Assembly (NCBI RefSeq): GCF_026571515.1
Contig: NW_026851538.1
Coordinates: forward strand, 22,164-86,163
Source: Ruditapes philippinarum
Taxonomy: Eukaryota
Direction: 5' to 3'
Length of the DNA stretch: 64,000 nt
Shown: one piece after another, positions 63,535-64,000 of the stretch
How the letters are laid out: the number at the start of each line of letters is the position of its first letter
Position numbering within the stretch: the first letter of the stretch is position 1
Made by a program: the position numbers and the translations under genes
Notes under the pieces: generated by a model
What the model saw: only the letters and a program-made list of their open reading frames with translations
Databases searched by the model: none
What the model was told of the DNA's origin: nothing

Positions 63535-63652
63535 GAAACCGTGTTTACCATGATGACAAAGGTCATTCGCAGGGAATTGATAACGCTGGAAGTACACTTC
63601 ATTTTGGATCCGATTTCTGGCACAACAAATGGCCAAAAGCCCATGGAGAGAA
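63535..63652 (+). CDS. glucanase gene exon 9 ((G)NRVYHDDKGHSQGIDNAGSTLHFGSDFWHNKWPKAHGE...). The gene continues past the window end.
   Basis: Acceptor tttgttgctag. Aligns to GH16 ESRGNDNL...VDQMGSTMHWGPFWPLNGYPKTHATK. Either an in-frame TAA at 63654 or a donor gagaa|gtaatg. The GH16 domain is incomplete, so splicing onward is the likelier reading. Confidence 0.7.
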
Positions 63653-63930
63653 GTAATGATTTATTGTATTAAATAATATATCTTTAGTGAAAATACATGC
63701 ATACCCTTATGACAATCATGAATAATGTAGTGACAAGGCCGCATATATTTGTAAAACAATTTTGTGCATTTTTATTGACATTGGGTGTAAATTAATGCTT
63801 GCAAACATCTATCCTTGTTTTCTCCTTTAAAAAGCAACTCTTCTCCTGGCGTCGTATCTTTCTTATTCAGGCCATGCCCCCCCCCCCCCCCCCGCCTATC
63901 CCGTCAGCAACTTGAATAACTAATAATATA

Positions 63931-64000
63931 TGAGCTGCGTCACGACAAACCCAACATAATGGGTTTGCGAGCAGCATGGATCCAGACAAAAACATAATAT
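63931..64000. mobile_element. palindromic MITE copy f (left arm only; cut off by the window end)
   Basis: tgagctgcgtcacgacaaacccaacataatgggtttgcgagcagcatggatccagac. Confidence 0.7.

Noticed and set aside
1-64000. Prokaryotic-style features (operons, CRISPR arrays, RBS/terminators, rRNA genes)
   Set aside because: The sequence is AT-rich eukaryotic DNA with GT-AG introns and SINEs, MITEs and satellites. The tandem arrays have periods of 150-170 bp with no spacer and direct-repeat alternation, so they are not CRISPR.

Overview
This is eukaryotic nuclear DNA. It is AT-rich, has spliced genes with GT-AG introns, and is densely populated with SINEs, MITEs and satellite-carrying elements. Many of these have a hairpin, then an (ACGG)n/(CCGT)n microsatellite, then a tandem array. 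From memory that matches the pearl/CvA/Helentron-like elements of bivalve molluscs, so a mollusc origin is a reasonable guess but remains an inference. There are no prokaryotic features: no operons, no CRISPR, no rRNA genes.

Three protein-coding genes are reconstructed from splice sites and reading-frame continuity.

1. Minus strand, about 3.67 to 16.93 kb: a BRAP (BRCA1-associated protein / IMP E3 ligase) homolog. Twelve exons are found. The RING segment reads CPVCLERM...CNHAFHMQCLDQWGDT...CPVCRYCQTPE and the ZnF-UBP segment reads [17 protein letters not shown]...[31 protein letters not shown]. The 5' ATG exon and the last C-terminal exons are not resolved.

2. Plus strand, 26015 to 42236: a complete Major Vault Protein (MVP) coding region. 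It has 13 coding exons, an 859-aa product and a stop at 42234-42236. It also carries a tandemly duplicated 145-nt exon pair (10a and 10b) whose inclusion together would shift the frame. They are therefore predicted to be mutually exclusive.

3. Plus strand, 52438 to beyond 63652: a GH16-family beta-1,3-glucanase / beta-1,3-glucan-binding protein gene (LGBP/betaGRP-like). It runs off the window end. It encodes a signal peptide, an N-terminal betaGRP-type domain, a Thr/Ser/Gln-rich linker and a GH16 domain that keeps the E-I-D-I-V-E catalytic signature.

Introns and intergenic DNA carry six copies of a palindromic MITE family, two near-identical 2.3-kb hairpin-(CCGT)n-satellite elements, several other satellite-carrying elements, multiple tRNA-derived SINEs, a TIR-bounded insertion of about 3.9 kb and several perfect palindromes.

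No tools were run. All homologies are by eye against remembered human/insect/mollusc sequences.
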